A stretch of 57,531 nt of DNA, from contig CALRGN010000001.1 in assembly GCA_943357745.1 (NCBI GenBank), forward strand, positions 1 to 57,531, given 5' to 3'. The translations under genes were made by a program, and so were the position numbers. Under the pieces are notes generated by a model. It did not search any database. It saw only the letters and a list, made by a program, of their open reading frames with translations, and had not been told where the DNA came from. This DNA comes from Candidatus Uhrbacteria bacterium (GTDB lineage: Bacteria > Patescibacteriota > Patescibacteriia > UBA9934). This document shows, in pieces, positions 1 through 9,496 of the stretch. Numbering within the stretch: the stretch's first letter is position 1; each line of letters opens with the position of its first letter.

Positions 1-1
1 C

Positions 2-226
2 GCCCCGTTTAAGTTGGTAAAAACCGATCCCCATGAGGCTGGTCGGATTTTGACGGTGCTAGCTCATCGAATTTGTGATATCGCTATCGCCTTAGCTCCA
101 GTAATGCCTTCCACTGCCACTCAGATCTTAGAACGCTTTCAAGGGGATAGAATTCAAATTGCTACGCCGATGTTTCCAAGAGAGGAGGAGGAAAGCCTAA
201 ATGGCTTTCCGAGTATCCGACAGTAA
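2..226 (+). CDS. metG: C-terminal fragment of a class Ia aminoacyl-tRNA synthetase, most likely methionyl-tRNA synthetase (5' end outside the window)
   Basis: The frame is open from the window edge to TAA at 224-226. APFKLVKTDP...IALAPVMPSTATQILERF resembles the MetRS anticodon-binding helical domain (PWKL.K and P.MP..A..I patterns recalled from memory). Confidence 0.5.
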   Translation, partial: APFKLVKTDPHEAGRILTVLAHRICDIAIALAPVMPSTATQILERFQGDRIQIATPMFPREEEESLNGFPSIRQ

Positions 227-246
227 TTCATTCTTAAAATATCAGT

Positions 247-744
247 ATGGTGATTGAAGGTTGGATGGTAGATGTAGCCTTAGGAATAATTTCAGCCCTG
301 CTGATCTGGCGTGGTTGGAGCAAAGGTTTCATTCATACCGCTGGATCATTAATAGTGCTAGTAGTTTCCTTGGTTACCACCGGCTGGATCTTCTGGGAGG
401 CACAAACGCGTTTTGGAGTGGCTTTGAGTGGGTTATCACCTTGGATGTTGATTGGAGGCTATGTATTATTAAGTTTTGTAATTAGTCAGCTATTAATGTT
501 TATAGTTAGAATTATTGACCTTGCTAGACGCCTATTGTCACTGCTTCCATTTATAGGAATCATGAATTCGTTCTTTGGAGCCATGGTCGGCGCCGCACAA
601 GCGGTGGCGCTAATTGCTGCGCTCACTTTTGTTTCCATCTCTTATCTACCTAGCGGGGAAGTGCGTAGGCTGATATTAGAATCTCAAGCGGTTCAATTTG
701 TGGCCAGTGTGGAACAAGAGGTGGGAATGTTAATTTTAGAATAA
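247..744 (+). CDS. cvpA: CvpA-family integral membrane protein
   Basis: 165 aa with about 4 TM helices. The N-terminal DVALGIISALLIWRGWSKGFI pattern is typical of CvpA/colicin V production proteins. Confidence 0.5.
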   Translation: MVIEGWMVDVALGIISALLIWRGWSKGFIHTAGSLIVLVVSLVTTGWIFWEAQTRFGVALSGLSPWMLIGGYVLLSFVISQLLMFIVRIIDLARRLLSLLPFIGIMNSFFGAMVGAAQAVALIAALTFVSISYLPSGEVRRLILESQAVQFVASVEQEVGMLILE

Positions 745-905
745 ATGTATAAGAACACAAACTAAATAAGAGTTGATCGGGTAACAAGATTTTAATCACC
801 GTTGATCAACAACCCCTAGCCAGCAGTGGGGTACTACTGACCGAACAACTACGCCCCAAAAAACCGCAAAATGATGTGTCGCCCAATATATCTTATGCGA
901 CACAT

Positions 906-990
906 AAGGATGATGGCAACATCAGCCAACTCATAAACTGGCTCAATCGTATTGTATAAGAAACGGTTGGTCGGTGCATTTATCTGTACT
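906..990. repeat. Copy a of two duplicated sequence modules (R1a 906-934, R2a 969-990) inside an ORF-poor spacer
   Basis: R1a aaggatgatggcaacatcagccaactcat matches 1206-1234 at 26/29 positions. R2a ggtcggtgcatttatctgtact matches 1183-1204 at 21/22 positions. Confidence 0.8.
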
Positions 991-1182
991 TAATAGAGTA
1001 CGGATAATCAAACTTGTTTCGGGAATCTTCATTAACCCAAAACATACGACCGATTTAAACGCCCTAGGAGAATCTAAAGGTAGATTAGTGCCCTTAGAAT
1101 GCGAATTACTTCTACAGTGTCTCTACATCACGGAGTAGATCTATTGCGTAATAGCCCATCGAATGACTGCTTGCAAGGAGAT

Positions 1183-1234
1183 GGTCGGTGCATTTATTTG
1201 TACTCAAGGATGATGGCGACCTCAACCAACTCAT
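1183..1234. repeat. Copy b of the same modules, in swapped and directly abutting order (R2b 1183-1204, R1b 1206-1234)
   Basis: Direct comparison with 906-990. R1b lies exactly 300 nt from R1a. Confidence 0.8.
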
Positions 1235-1464
1235 TGATCAAATCTCATGAGCTATTGTGCCAACTGAAAAAAATTAAATTACTTCCTAACCGTATATAAA
1301 AAATTTAGTAAAGCTTATCCTTAGCTGAAAATAATTTTTACTTTAAATGAAAACTACCTGGCAAATAAAAATTAATCCACCACATGTGCAACCGCTATCA
1401 CCCCTATCTCCACTCCCCCACCCCAAAACATAAATCCAATCTAGTGTCGTAAAATAATAGGGAT

Positions 1465-2352
1465 TTATTTATAAAAAAGACTATTTGCAAAGCGAAGGTC
1501 TAAATACTCGGTGGGCCAAAGATTAGTCATTTCAAAATTTTTCATAGCGGCCTTCCAGGCTTGATTAAACTCTTCAAACGGTAGAGCGGGATCAACCAAA
1601 AGGTCGTAGTGGTGGGAACTATCACCGAGCTTTACTCTAATCCATCCGATCGTAAAATCCTCAACCGCAAACTGATTAATGCTAAATCCGTTTTTTAAAA
1701 TACCAACTTGATAATTGAAAATTTGTTCCCACCAAATGGCTGAAAACTGACCGCTGGATTCAGGTGTAAATGGTTCTGGCCAGAAGAGTGAGATCGGTTG
1801 AGTGCTAGTCTCGTCAGGAGATTTGGCGGAAGGATTTTCAAGATCAGAAGCAAAAGAAGCGGGAATCAGCTTGCCCTGGTTATCTAACAAGATTTCTTCT
1901 CCAGCGGTCTCGATTCTCCAGATCGGAACTAACTGGGAAAAATTCAAAGTTAGTTCGCGACTTGCTTGGGTGATGGCAATTAGTCGACCGGGTAATTGGT
2001 GGTGGATCATTTTTAAAAGGTCATTTTTTTTCCAATCCATGGTATGACTTCTCGGCCAAATAAAAAAATCTCGTTGGTTTAAAATATCCCAAGTTAGTGA
2101 TTGAACGGTTGAATCAAGCGGCGGCTCTAATCCTATAATTTTAACGGAAGTAATGTTAGTGAATTGATGGGCCAAAAAAAGAGCGCCAATTGGTAGACCA
2201 ATTGTACAAATGATTAAAAACCAAAATTTTAGTAGCGGTAATTTATTGTTTAACCACTTACCTTTCAGTCTCGTTTTAGCGAAGAGCGGATTACGACCCC
2301 CTTCCCCACTAAACCGGTGAGAGATCCTTTTGGTTGTAAACCCCAATCTCAT
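1465..2352 (-). CDS. FtsQ/DivIB-like cell-division protein (single TM plus POTRA-like domain)
   Basis: Basic N-terminus and one TM (LLKFWFLIICTIGLPIGALFLA), followed by ITSVKIIGLEP...LTLNFSQLVPIWRIE..LLDNQGKLIP, which resembles a POTRA/FtsQ fold. Start chosen at the internal ATG 2352 (MRLGFTT), which sits 6 nt downstream of TATAAA. Confidence 0.45.
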   Translation of the reverse strand: MRLGFTTKRISHRFSGEGGRNPLFAKTRLKGKWLNNKLPLLKFWFLIICTIGLPIGALFLAHQFTNITSVKIIGLEPPLDSTVQSLTWDILNQRDFFIWPRSHTMDWKKNDLLKMIHHQLPGRLIAITQASRELTLNFSQLVPIWRIETAGEEILLDNQGKLIPASFASDLENPSAKSPDETSTQPISLFWPEPFTPESSGQFSAIWWEQIFNYQVGILKNGFSINQFAVEDFTIGWIRVKLGDSSHHYDLLVDPALPFEEFNQAWKAAMKNFEMTNLWPTEYLDLRFANSLFYK

Positions 2353-2377
2353 ATAAATTTTATAGGTAAAGTAGCCG

Positions 2378-2422
2378 ATGGTCAACTGTAATATGGTCAA
2401 TTGTAATATGATCAATTGTAAT
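2378..2422. repeat. Three tandem 15-bp repeats (atggtcaactgtaat / atggtcaattgtaat / atgatcaattgtaat)
   Basis: Read directly from the sequence. The repeats lie between the serS stop (2431) and the ftsQ-like start (2352). On the minus strand each unit contains TTGACC or TTGATC. Confidence 0.9.
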
Positions 2423-2430
2423 AAAGAGGA

Positions 2431-3693
2431 CTAATTACCAGGCACTAATCGCTCCTGCCCAAGTCTTTCAGCTAAAACTCGTGGCAGAACCACACTGCCA
2501 TCCGCTTGTTGAAAGTTTTCTAGAATCGCAATTAAAATCCGGCCAATAGCCAGCGCGGTGCCATTCACTGTATGGGCAAAATGTAATTCTTGATCTTGAG
2601 AATATCTGATATTTAGCCGTCTCGCCTGAAAGTCGGTACAATTACTGGTAGAATGAGTTTCTCTAAATCTCTCCTGACTAGGAATCCAACATTCCAAATC
2701 CCATTTTTTCGCCGCTGGTAATCCTAAGTCACCACTCACGATCGATAACAAGTGATAAGGTAACCCAAGCATGCCCAGCAATTCTTCTTCAATTGCCAAC
2801 ATCAAATCATGTTCACCACCTGATTGTTCCGCGGTACAAAAGCTAAACATTTCCACTTTAGTAAATTGATGCATCCTTAAAATACCTTTAGTATCCTTAC
2901 CATGACTCCCCGCTTCTCTCCGGTAGCAAGGTGAGAAGCCCACGTACCGCTTAGGACTGGCTAGGTCCAAAATTTCACCCTCATGCAAGGCACCCAACGC
3001 CTGTTCTGAAGTTCCAATTAAATAAAGGTTATCTTTGGGTAAATAATAAATCTCATCTTGCCCACCATGCTCTAGGAAACCCATCGCCTTCATGGTTTGA
3101 GCGGTAACCAAATGCGGCACTGATACCGGAATAAAGCCTTGAGATTCGGCCACCTCTACCGCTAGACTAACTAACGCTAGTTCTAGCTTTGCCCCTAACC
3201 CTAAAAGATAGGCGAACCTTGAGCCGCTCGCTTTAGCGGCCTGATCAAGATCGAGTATCCCCAACCCCTTAGCAATATCAACATGATCCTTAATGGGAAA
3301 ATCAAAATTCGGTCTCACGCCCACCTCTCTAAGGACTTCATTACTATCCTCACTGGCCGCCACTATCACCTCCGACAAGGGTGGATTAGGGATGCGGTAC
3401 AATTTTTCATCTAATTCACCTTCAAGTTCTTTTAAAGACTGCTCTGGCTCAATTACCTCTTTATCTAGTGCTCGCATTGCTTCAATCAGTCTAGTTTTTT
3501 CTTCTGGGCTGGACTTGGGAATAATTGCTGAAGCCTCATTTTTCTTGGCCTTAATCCCTTGAATTAGCTGTTTTAAAGCTCTTACTTTTGCATCTAATGA
3601 CAAAATGAGTTCCGCCTCCACCACCGCGCCCTTGGATGCTGCCGCCGTCACAAAAAACTCTGGGTTTTCTCTAAATTTTTTCAGATCAATCAT
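2431..3693 (-). CDS. serS: Seryl-tRNA synthetase
   Basis: MIDLKKFRENPEFF N-terminal coiled-coil arm and class II core motifs (FSPCYRREAGS, GTALAIGRILIAILEN). The true start is probably the internal Met at 3693 rather than 3789. Confidence 0.9.
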   Translation of the reverse strand: MIDLKKFRENPEFFVTAAASKGAVVEAELILSLDAKVRALKQLIQGIKAKKNEASAIIPKSSPEEKTRLIEAMRALDKEVIEPEQSLKELEGELDEKLYRIPNPPLSEVIVAASEDSNEVLREVGVRPNFDFPIKDHVDIAKGLGILDLDQAAKASGSRFAYLLGLGAKLELALVSLAVEVAESQGFIPVSVPHLVTAQTMKAMGFLEHGGQDEIYYLPKDNLYLIGTSEQALGALHEGEILDLASPKRYVGFSPCYRREAGSHGKDTKGILRMHQFTKVEMFSFCTAEQSGGEHDLMLAIEEELLGMLGLPYHLLSIVSGDLGLPAAKKWDLECWIPSQERFRETHSTSNCTDFQARRLNIRYSQDQELHFAHTVNGTALAIGRILIAILENFQQADGSVVLPRVLAERLGQERLVPGN

Positions 3694-3694
3694 A

Positions 3695-4159
3695 TTAATG
3701 GCGTAAAAGTGAAGACTTATAGATCCTCTCACGATACGGTGAGCAAACCATGGTCGGCAAATAGTTATCCCCAGCCAGGGTAGATTCAAGAGTCAACTTA
3801 AATTCTAACCAAGCCTGTTGAAGCTCCTTTTGGTCATACCCAAATCCAATTAAATCAGGATTTGCTTTTTGCGTCGCTAAAAATTTGCCATGAAAGCCCA
3901 ATGGATCACTCGGCCAGACCTCGGAAACCAATCCGGTGGCAAGCAATGCATCTGCTCTTTGAATCCACCTTTCAGTCGGGTCAACTCCCTTTAAACCCAA
4001 GATAACCTCATCTCTAGCCAAAATAACAATCAGCTCATCCTGATCGCTATTAATTGATGTTGCCATGGGATCGGTATTTACCCAAGCACTAATTTCATTG
4101 AGCAAGGCTAAGTGGCCCAAATGCAAGCAATCAAATGAGCCGAATATTAATTTTCTCAC
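3695..4159 (-). CDS. Cytidylyltransferase-like (HIGH-motif) nucleotidyltransferase family protein
   Basis: N-terminal FGSFDCLHLGH matches the G.FD..H.GH signature of the cytidylyltransferase / FAD synthetase N-domain superfamily. Substrate unknown. Confidence 0.45.
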   Translation of the reverse strand: MRKLIFGSFDCLHLGHLALLNEISAWVNTDPMATSINSDQDELIVILARDEVILGLKGVDPTERWIQRADALLATGLVSEVWPSDPLGFHGKFLATQKANPDLIGFGYDQKELQQAWLEFKLTLESTLAGDNYLPTMVCSPYRERIYKSSLLRH

Positions 4160-4179
4160 AAATGAAATTCAAAAATAAA

Positions 4180-5646
4180 TTAATCCCTGCGCTTCAAAGT
4201 TGGAAAGAGAATAACTTCTTTCAAGGTGTCACAACCACTTACAAAAGTTGCTAGCCGATCAATTCCGATCCCAACCCCAGCACAGGGGGGCAATCCGGTC
4301 TCAAGTGACTGAATGAATTCCTCATCAAAGGATTGTGCCTCCTCACTTCCCCGCTCTCGTAATAATTGTTGTTTTGAGAAGGCTGATCTCTGCCCGGCCG
4401 GATCATTCTGCTCATGATAGTATACATTCACAATCTCGGTTCCTCCCACCACTAATTGGGCGGTTGCGCTAAGTTTAGGATTAGTTCCAAGTGGTTTTGC
4501 TAGCGGTTTAATTTCTGATGGGTATTCTGTTACCCAAATCGGCCCAAGTAATAACGGTCTTGCAGTGGCTTTATAAAGGCTGTCCATTGCTTCACCAAGA
4601 CCAAAACAACCCTTAAAATCCAGGGCGAGCCCGGCATTTTTAACCGCCACTTCAAGCTCAGCTTGAGAATTAAAAGTTACCGGATCAATTCCGCAAGCAT
4701 TTTTAACCGCTTGTGAAAATGAAATCTTGGGCCAACTCTCCTCCAACGCAACCGTTTCACCATTTATAAATAATTCTGCTCTACCACTCGCGTCAACCAC
4801 TGCTTGTTTAATTAGCTTTTCAAGAAATTCTAGAAATTGTTGCGGTCTTACATAAGCCCAGTAAAGTTCTAACATGGTGAATTCAGGATTGTGAGAAAAA
4901 TCAATCCCTTCATTTCTAAAACATCGCGCGATTTCAAAAATCTTTTCAAATCCACCCACCACGAGGCGTTTCAAATAAATTTCTGGCGCAATTCGAAGAA
5001 ATAAATCAGTGCTCAGAGCATTATGATGGGTAACAAACGGTTTAGCATTGGCACCACCGGCAATTGGTTGCAAAACCGGTGTCTCCACTTCTATAAACTG
5101 CAACTCTGCCAATTGCTTTCTAATGCTAGCAATTAATTTTGATCGTTCAATAAAAATTCGCTTGGCATCTGGTCTACTAATCAAATCTAGTTCTCTTTGT
5201 CTAAACCTAATTTCAACATCTTGGAGCCCGTGCCATTTCTCTGGCAATGGTGCTAATGCTTTAACAAGTAATTTAAAATTATCCACCAATAGAGATTTTT
5301 CACCAGATTTAGTGGTCATTGGTTTGCCAGTAAATTCCGCAATATCACCAATGTCTAAATATTCTAAAAGCTCTTTATAGTCGATTTCTCCAAGCTCTTG
5401 TACCCGGACAACAATTTGAAGCTCACCAGAAAAATCCTTAAGTCGTAAAAAAGAAAGTTTACCAACTTGTCTAATTGCAATCACCCTGCCAGCCACAGAA
5501 CTACTCGCTCCAGATGATTCAAGTTTAATAAATGTATGTAGAAAATCGGCGGTAGTGTGGGTGCGATTGACATCGTCATCATATCCCAACCGACCTTTAT
5601 CCAACCATAATTGTAGTCTAGCCAACCGAGCTTCTCTCTCTTGCAT
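4180..5646 (-). CDS. lysS: Lysyl-tRNA synthetase, class II
   Basis: N-terminal OB anticodon-binding domain and class II motifs (FRNEGID..HNPEFT.LE, GIGIDRL). Confidence 0.9.
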   Translation of the reverse strand: MQEREARLARLQLWLDKGRLGYDDDVNRTHTTADFLHTFIKLESSGASSSVAGRVIAIRQVGKLSFLRLKDFSGELQIVVRVQELGEIDYKELLEYLDIGDIAEFTGKPMTTKSGEKSLLVDNFKLLVKALAPLPEKWHGLQDVEIRFRQRELDLISRPDAKRIFIERSKLIASIRKQLAELQFIEVETPVLQPIAGGANAKPFVTHHNALSTDLFLRIAPEIYLKRLVVGGFEKIFEIARCFRNEGIDFSHNPEFTMLELYWAYVRPQQFLEFLEKLIKQAVVDASGRAELFINGETVALEESWPKISFSQAVKNACGIDPVTFNSQAELEVAVKNAGLALDFKGCFGLGEAMDSLYKATARPLLLGPIWVTEYPSEIKPLAKPLGTNPKLSATAQLVVGGTEIVNVYYHEQNDPAGQRSAFSKQQLLRERGSEEAQSFDEEFIQSLETGLPPCAGVGIGIDRLATFVSGCDTLKEVILFPTLKRRD

Positions 5647-5647
5647 A

Positions 5648-6106
5648 CTATAGTATTTCTATGATTTCATAAGTGTTCTCTCCTGAGGGAGATTGAACAA
5701 CCACCCTTTCTTTCACCGCTTTATTCATGAATGCTTGTCCCAGCGGAGATACATTGCTAATCCTACCCGCCATTGGATCAGATTCAGACTCCCCCACCAA
5801 CTCATAAGTCTTCGCTCCGAGCGGACCGTTTACCCTAAATTTGGAGCCAAGAGTAATGGTGGTTGATTTATTGCCAGAAATAATCTGAAAATCTCTTAAC
5901 ATTTCTTCAATCTGTAAAACTCTAGATTCGTTAATTCCTTGTTGTTCCCGAGCTTCATGATAAGCGAAGTTTTCAGAGAGATCTCCCATTTCCTTGGCGT
6001 CGGCAATTCTTTGTGAAATCTCCAACCGAAGTCGTTTTACCCGATCAGTCAACTCATTTTTTAACTCTTCTAATGCCGGTGCCGTTAAATATACTTGTGA
6101 AGCCAT
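5648..6106 (-). CDS. greA: Transcription elongation factor GreA
   Basis: MASQVYLTAPALEELKNEL...GDLSENFAYHEAREQQ aligns with E. coli GreA from its N-terminus. Start chosen at the internal Met (6106) on that basis. Confidence 0.85.
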   Translation of the reverse strand: MASQVYLTAPALEELKNELTDRVKRLRLEISQRIADAKEMGDLSENFAYHEAREQQGINESRVLQIEEMLRDFQIISGNKSTTITLGSKFRVNGPLGAKTYELVGESESDPMAGRISNVSPLGQAFMNKAVKERVVVQSPSGENTYEIIEIL

Positions 6107-6182
6107 AATAAATTTAAGCGCCATTTTAGGCGAATACAATGAGTGTGTTATAAACTCCCTCATTCGTCAAGGGGTTACTAGC

Positions 6183-8156
6183 TCACCTCTTCTCAATCTT
6201 CAAAAATATCTCCTTAGCAATTTTGGTGGCTAAATTTTCAACCCCGCCTTCCTCCACCATCACCGCCAAGGCAACGGTTGGGTTATCGGCCGGATAATAA
6301 CCAATAAACCAAGAATGTGGCGGTGCTAAATTTGACCATTGGGCGGTACCGGTTTTAGCAGCCGCCAGTTGTGGAAGACCTAGGAGCATCCTAGCCGTAC
6401 CACTAGTAACCGCCTGTTTCATACCATCTTGAATTACCGTTAATACTTCAGAAGAAATGAGGGGCTCGTTAATTGGTACTACCGCATCAGTTAGAAGATG
6501 AGGTTGAATTAGAAGGCCTTCATTAGCGAACGCCGCCGCTACTACGGCCATCTGAAGAGGTGTTACCAGAATATCTCCCTGACCAATTGAAACATTATAA
6601 GTATCTCCCACATACCAACTCTCTCCTTTGGTCTCTTCTTTCCATTGTTTGGAAGGAAGAAAACCACTTTTTTCCCCAGGAAGGTCAATCAATGTGAGCT
6701 GGCCCAACCCAAAACTTAAGGCGGCCGTCATTAGTTTTTCCACACCCATCCCTTCAAATTCATCAGAACCACCACCGATTTGATAGAAAAATGTATTAAC
6801 AGATTCGGCGATTGCTTTATATACATTTGTTAGACCATGACCGCCCCCTTTCCAATCGGGAAAAAATCGATCACCCAATTGTAATCCCCCATTTGAAAGG
6901 AAGGTTTTACTTGGGGTAATCATACCGTTTGTTAAAGCGGCGGCGGCAAAGATTGGTTTAATGGTGGAACCGGAAGGAAATTCACCAGCTACCGCTCGGT
7001 TGAAAAACGGCTTATCAGGATCATTTAACAATTTTACATATTCATCCTGTTCCACTCCAGAAGAAAAAATATTGGCGTCAAACGCCGGAGTGGAGACCAA
7101 TGCCAAAACTTCGCCATTATTAGGGTCAAGCGCCACCACACTAGCACGGCGTAAATTTGTTGGTTCTAAAACTTCAGAGATTTTTTCATCAATCATTCTT
7201 TGCAATTCCATATCAATCGTCAGCATAATGTCTTTTCCGGAGATTGGTTCTCTTTCCTGGAGGACTCGCTGAATAATACCCGCAGAATTTACTTCCATTT
7301 GTTTCATTCCTGGCTCTCCTCTTAATTCCGATTCATACCACAATTCTATCCCCGTCTTCCCCACCAAATCAAATTTCCTATATCCTAATTTATAATATTC
7401 GGAATAAACGTCCGGTGGAATTGTCCCCGTAAACCCAAGCACATGAGAAAGTGAATTATTGTTGGCGGTTAGATAGGCTCTTCTTTGAACAGTTTCAACT
7501 CTAATACCCAACCAATCGGCAGGATTTACCATTAATATTAGGGCCACCTCATACGGCAATTGATTAGCGATCAGAATTTCTTTGTCTGATTTGTTTGCAA
7601 TAATCTTGTCAGTCATTTCAGCAAAATCTAAACCGGTCAACTTAGCCAACCGGATAATCAGTTCCGTTTGCACTTGAGGTTCTATTGGTAATTGATTGGG
7701 GGCAATCACCAGCTGAAAATTGGGTTCATTGCTAGCCAAAGTTATCCCATTTCTATCTTTTATCACTCCTCGTAATGGTAAAACAGTCTGATGAATGACT
7801 CGATTAGATTCTGCCACCAGGTAGTAGTTAGACCCCAACGAAATCTGTAAAGCAAACAACTCTATTCCGGCGTAACAGATCAGTGTCACCAAGACTCCGC
7901 CCAATAAAAATAGTCTGAGTTTATTGTATGGAGACCGTGCCCCGGGAGAGATCACTCGGCAAGTCTCAATAAAATGAGAACTTAGCTTTTCAGATCGGTT
8001 AATAGCGGACTTGTTTATCCTTCCAATATCACCAAGTGACCCAAACAAGTGAGATTGATTTTTATCTCCACCAAAGACGGCCAGAATTAATTTATTCTTA
8101 CTTTGTTTAAAAACTCGTATCAAAAAATAATACTTTTTGATTTTTCCTTTAAACAT
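6183..8156 (-). CDS. mrdA: Penicillin-binding protein 2 (elongasome transpeptidase)
   Basis: SxxK (STIKP), SxN (SVN) and KTG (KTGTAQ) motifs, an N-terminal TM anchor, and a position directly after mreBCD. Confidence 0.85.
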   Translation of the reverse strand: MFKGKIKKYYFLIRVFKQSKNKLILAVFGGDKNQSHLFGSLGDIGRINKSAINRSEKLSSHFIETCRVISPGARSPYNKLRLFLLGGVLVTLICYAGIELFALQISLGSNYYLVAESNRVIHQTVLPLRGVIKDRNGITLASNEPNFQLVIAPNQLPIEPQVQTELIIRLAKLTGLDFAEMTDKIIANKSDKEILIANQLPYEVALILMVNPADWLGIRVETVQRRAYLTANNNSLSHVLGFTGTIPPDVYSEYYKLGYRKFDLVGKTGIELWYESELRGEPGMKQMEVNSAGIIQRVLQEREPISGKDIMLTIDMELQRMIDEKISEVLEPTNLRRASVVALDPNNGEVLALVSTPAFDANIFSSGVEQDEYVKLLNDPDKPFFNRAVAGEFPSGSTIKPIFAAAALTNGMITPSKTFLSNGGLQLGDRFFPDWKGGGHGLTNVYKAIAESVNTFFYQIGGGSDEFEGMGVEKLMTAALSFGLGQLTLIDLPGEKSGFLPSKQWKEETKGESWYVGDTYNVSIGQGDILVTPLQMAVVAAAFANEGLLIQPHLLTDAVVPINEPLISSEVLTVIQDGMKQAVTSGTARMLLGLPQLAAAKTGTAQWSNLAPPHSWFIGYYPADNPTVALAVMVEEGGVENLATKIAKEIFLKIEKR

Positions 8157-8652
8157 AGTTAGTTCTTCTAATCACCATTGTTAAAAAGACGATTGCAATT
8201 GGAATCGCAAAAAATGCCTGCAAACTGGGCCCATCCCCGCAGACTCTATTAAACCATACCCCCAATGGTAAGCAACTCAAGATCACGGCAAAACTCTGAA
8301 TAATCGTTAGAAGTAGAAGTAAAGCAAATTCAGATTTAGTACCCAAATAATTAGTCACTAGTTGAGATGCGGAAAAAGAACCAAAAAGATACAATAACAA
8401 AACAATTGGAGTTCCTAAAATACCAGTAAATAGAATTCCAAATACAATGCTGTACCACCAGGCAACCGCCGATCTGTTATGCCAGTGTAAATATCCGATC
8501 ACTGTTAGGGGAACCCACCAATCATTCAAACTGGAGTCAATTTCCCAAATCAAAAGCTGAAAGATAAAGAGAAATAAACCAATAAAAAAATATTGAAGTT
8601 CTTGCCGATGAGCAACCCTTACCAGTTGAATCACTCCAAAGACCGATTTCAT
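8149..8652 (-). CDS. mreD: Rod shape-determining protein MreD (by position and topology)
   Basis: 167-aa polytopic membrane protein between mreC and PBP2, overlapping both neighbours. Confidence 0.55.
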   Translation of the reverse strand: MKSVFGVIQLVRVAHRQELQYFFIGLFLFIFQLLIWEIDSSLNDWWVPLTVIGYLHWHNRSAVAWWYSIVFGILFTGILGTPIVLLLYLFGSFSASQLVTNYLGTKSEFALLLLLTIIQSFAVILSCLPLGVWFNRVCGDGPSLQAFFAIPIAIVFLTMVIRRTNYV

Positions 8653-9470
8653 AAATTAAGTTGGGGGATAACTATCACCCAATCTAACAAAAAAATTGAG
8701 TTTGCGGTGGTGACAGTGGCAGATTGAAGAACTGATCCAGAGCTTGGAGTCAGGCCAATGATAGTCCCCACAAAAATACCGGCCGGCCAGCCCTCATCAA
8801 TCCCAGAGGTAAATAATACGTCCCCCAGTTTCAAATTAATAAAATTAGGCACAAATTCTAAGCGAAGATTTTCTCCACCAGTCCCTGAGACGATTCCAAT
8901 TATCTCATCACCATCATTCAGGGTAATAGTGAGTTTTTGCTCTTCCCCTGTAATAACAGAGACAAAACTACGATCATTGAACACTCTAGTAATCTCACCT
9001 ACCACTTGAACCATCCCCTGTTCGCTAATACTAACCACCGCGCTTCCTAATAATACTTCTTGGTTTTTTCCTTGATCCAACCAAAAACCGGTCTCCCAAT
9101 TATCATTTAAACTACCAATAACCTTAGCCGTAACTCCCATTGAGTCCAGACCATTGGTATATCCTAAAAGTCTTTTTAAAACTAAGTTTTCTTTTTGCAA
9201 CAACAGTTTTTTCGTTTCGTCGGCATCAATAGTGGTCAGAGTATCTTCACACATCCTTGCTCTAGTTAGCCAACTTTTTTCTGGATAAAACAATCTAGTA
9301 GCAAAACCACTAATCTTTTCTCCTGTCCATAACCCCACCCTAGTCACCGATTGCCACCAAGGGAAAATTAAAGTAGCCATCACCAACAATCCAAGTAAGG
9401 CAAGGTAAATGTTCTTAGATTTAGTTCTAGTTAATCCTGAGGGTAATCTTTGAAACCATTTTGGAGCCAT
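8649..9470 (-). CDS. mreC: Rod shape-determining protein MreC
   Basis: N-terminal TM, a coiled-coil segment, and the C-terminal GDVLFTSGIDEGWPAGIFVG motif typical of MreC. Confidence 0.8.
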   Translation of the reverse strand: MAPKWFQRLPSGLTRTKSKNIYLALLGLLVMATLIFPWWQSVTRVGLWTGEKISGFATRLFYPEKSWLTRARMCEDTLTTIDADETKKLLLQKENLVLKRLLGYTNGLDSMGVTAKVIGSLNDNWETGFWLDQGKNQEVLLGSAVVSISEQGMVQVVGEITRVFNDRSFVSVITGEEQKLTITLNDGDEIIGIVSGTGGENLRLEFVPNFINLKLGDVLFTSGIDEGWPAGIFVGTIIGLTPSSGSVLQSATVTTANSIFLLDWVIVIPQLNL

Positions 9471-9496
9471 AACCGATCATTTATACACATAACCGG

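Noticed and set aside
1099-1299. 66-aa ORF in the spacer
   Set aside because: It has no SD or promoter context and is low-complexity. It reads straight through the R2b/R1b repeat modules, whose other copy is interrupted by stops in the same frame. It is probably not a real gene.
745-1464. The long spacer as tmRNA, RNase P RNA or SRP RNA
   Set aside because: Neither strand shows the conserved cores I know: GGAAAGUCC/ACAGAA for RNase P, GGAAG-CAGCC domain IV for SRP, or a tRNA-like acceptor/T-arm with an ...ALAA* tag ORF for tmRNA. It is kept only as an unexplained spacer.
2378-2422. The tandem repeats (also 32406-32465 and 31175-31218) as CRISPR arrays
   Set aside because: There are only 2-3 units, the repeats are contiguous or have a single short spacer, no cas genes are present, and the unit lengths (15-26 nt) and spacing do not fit CRISPR.
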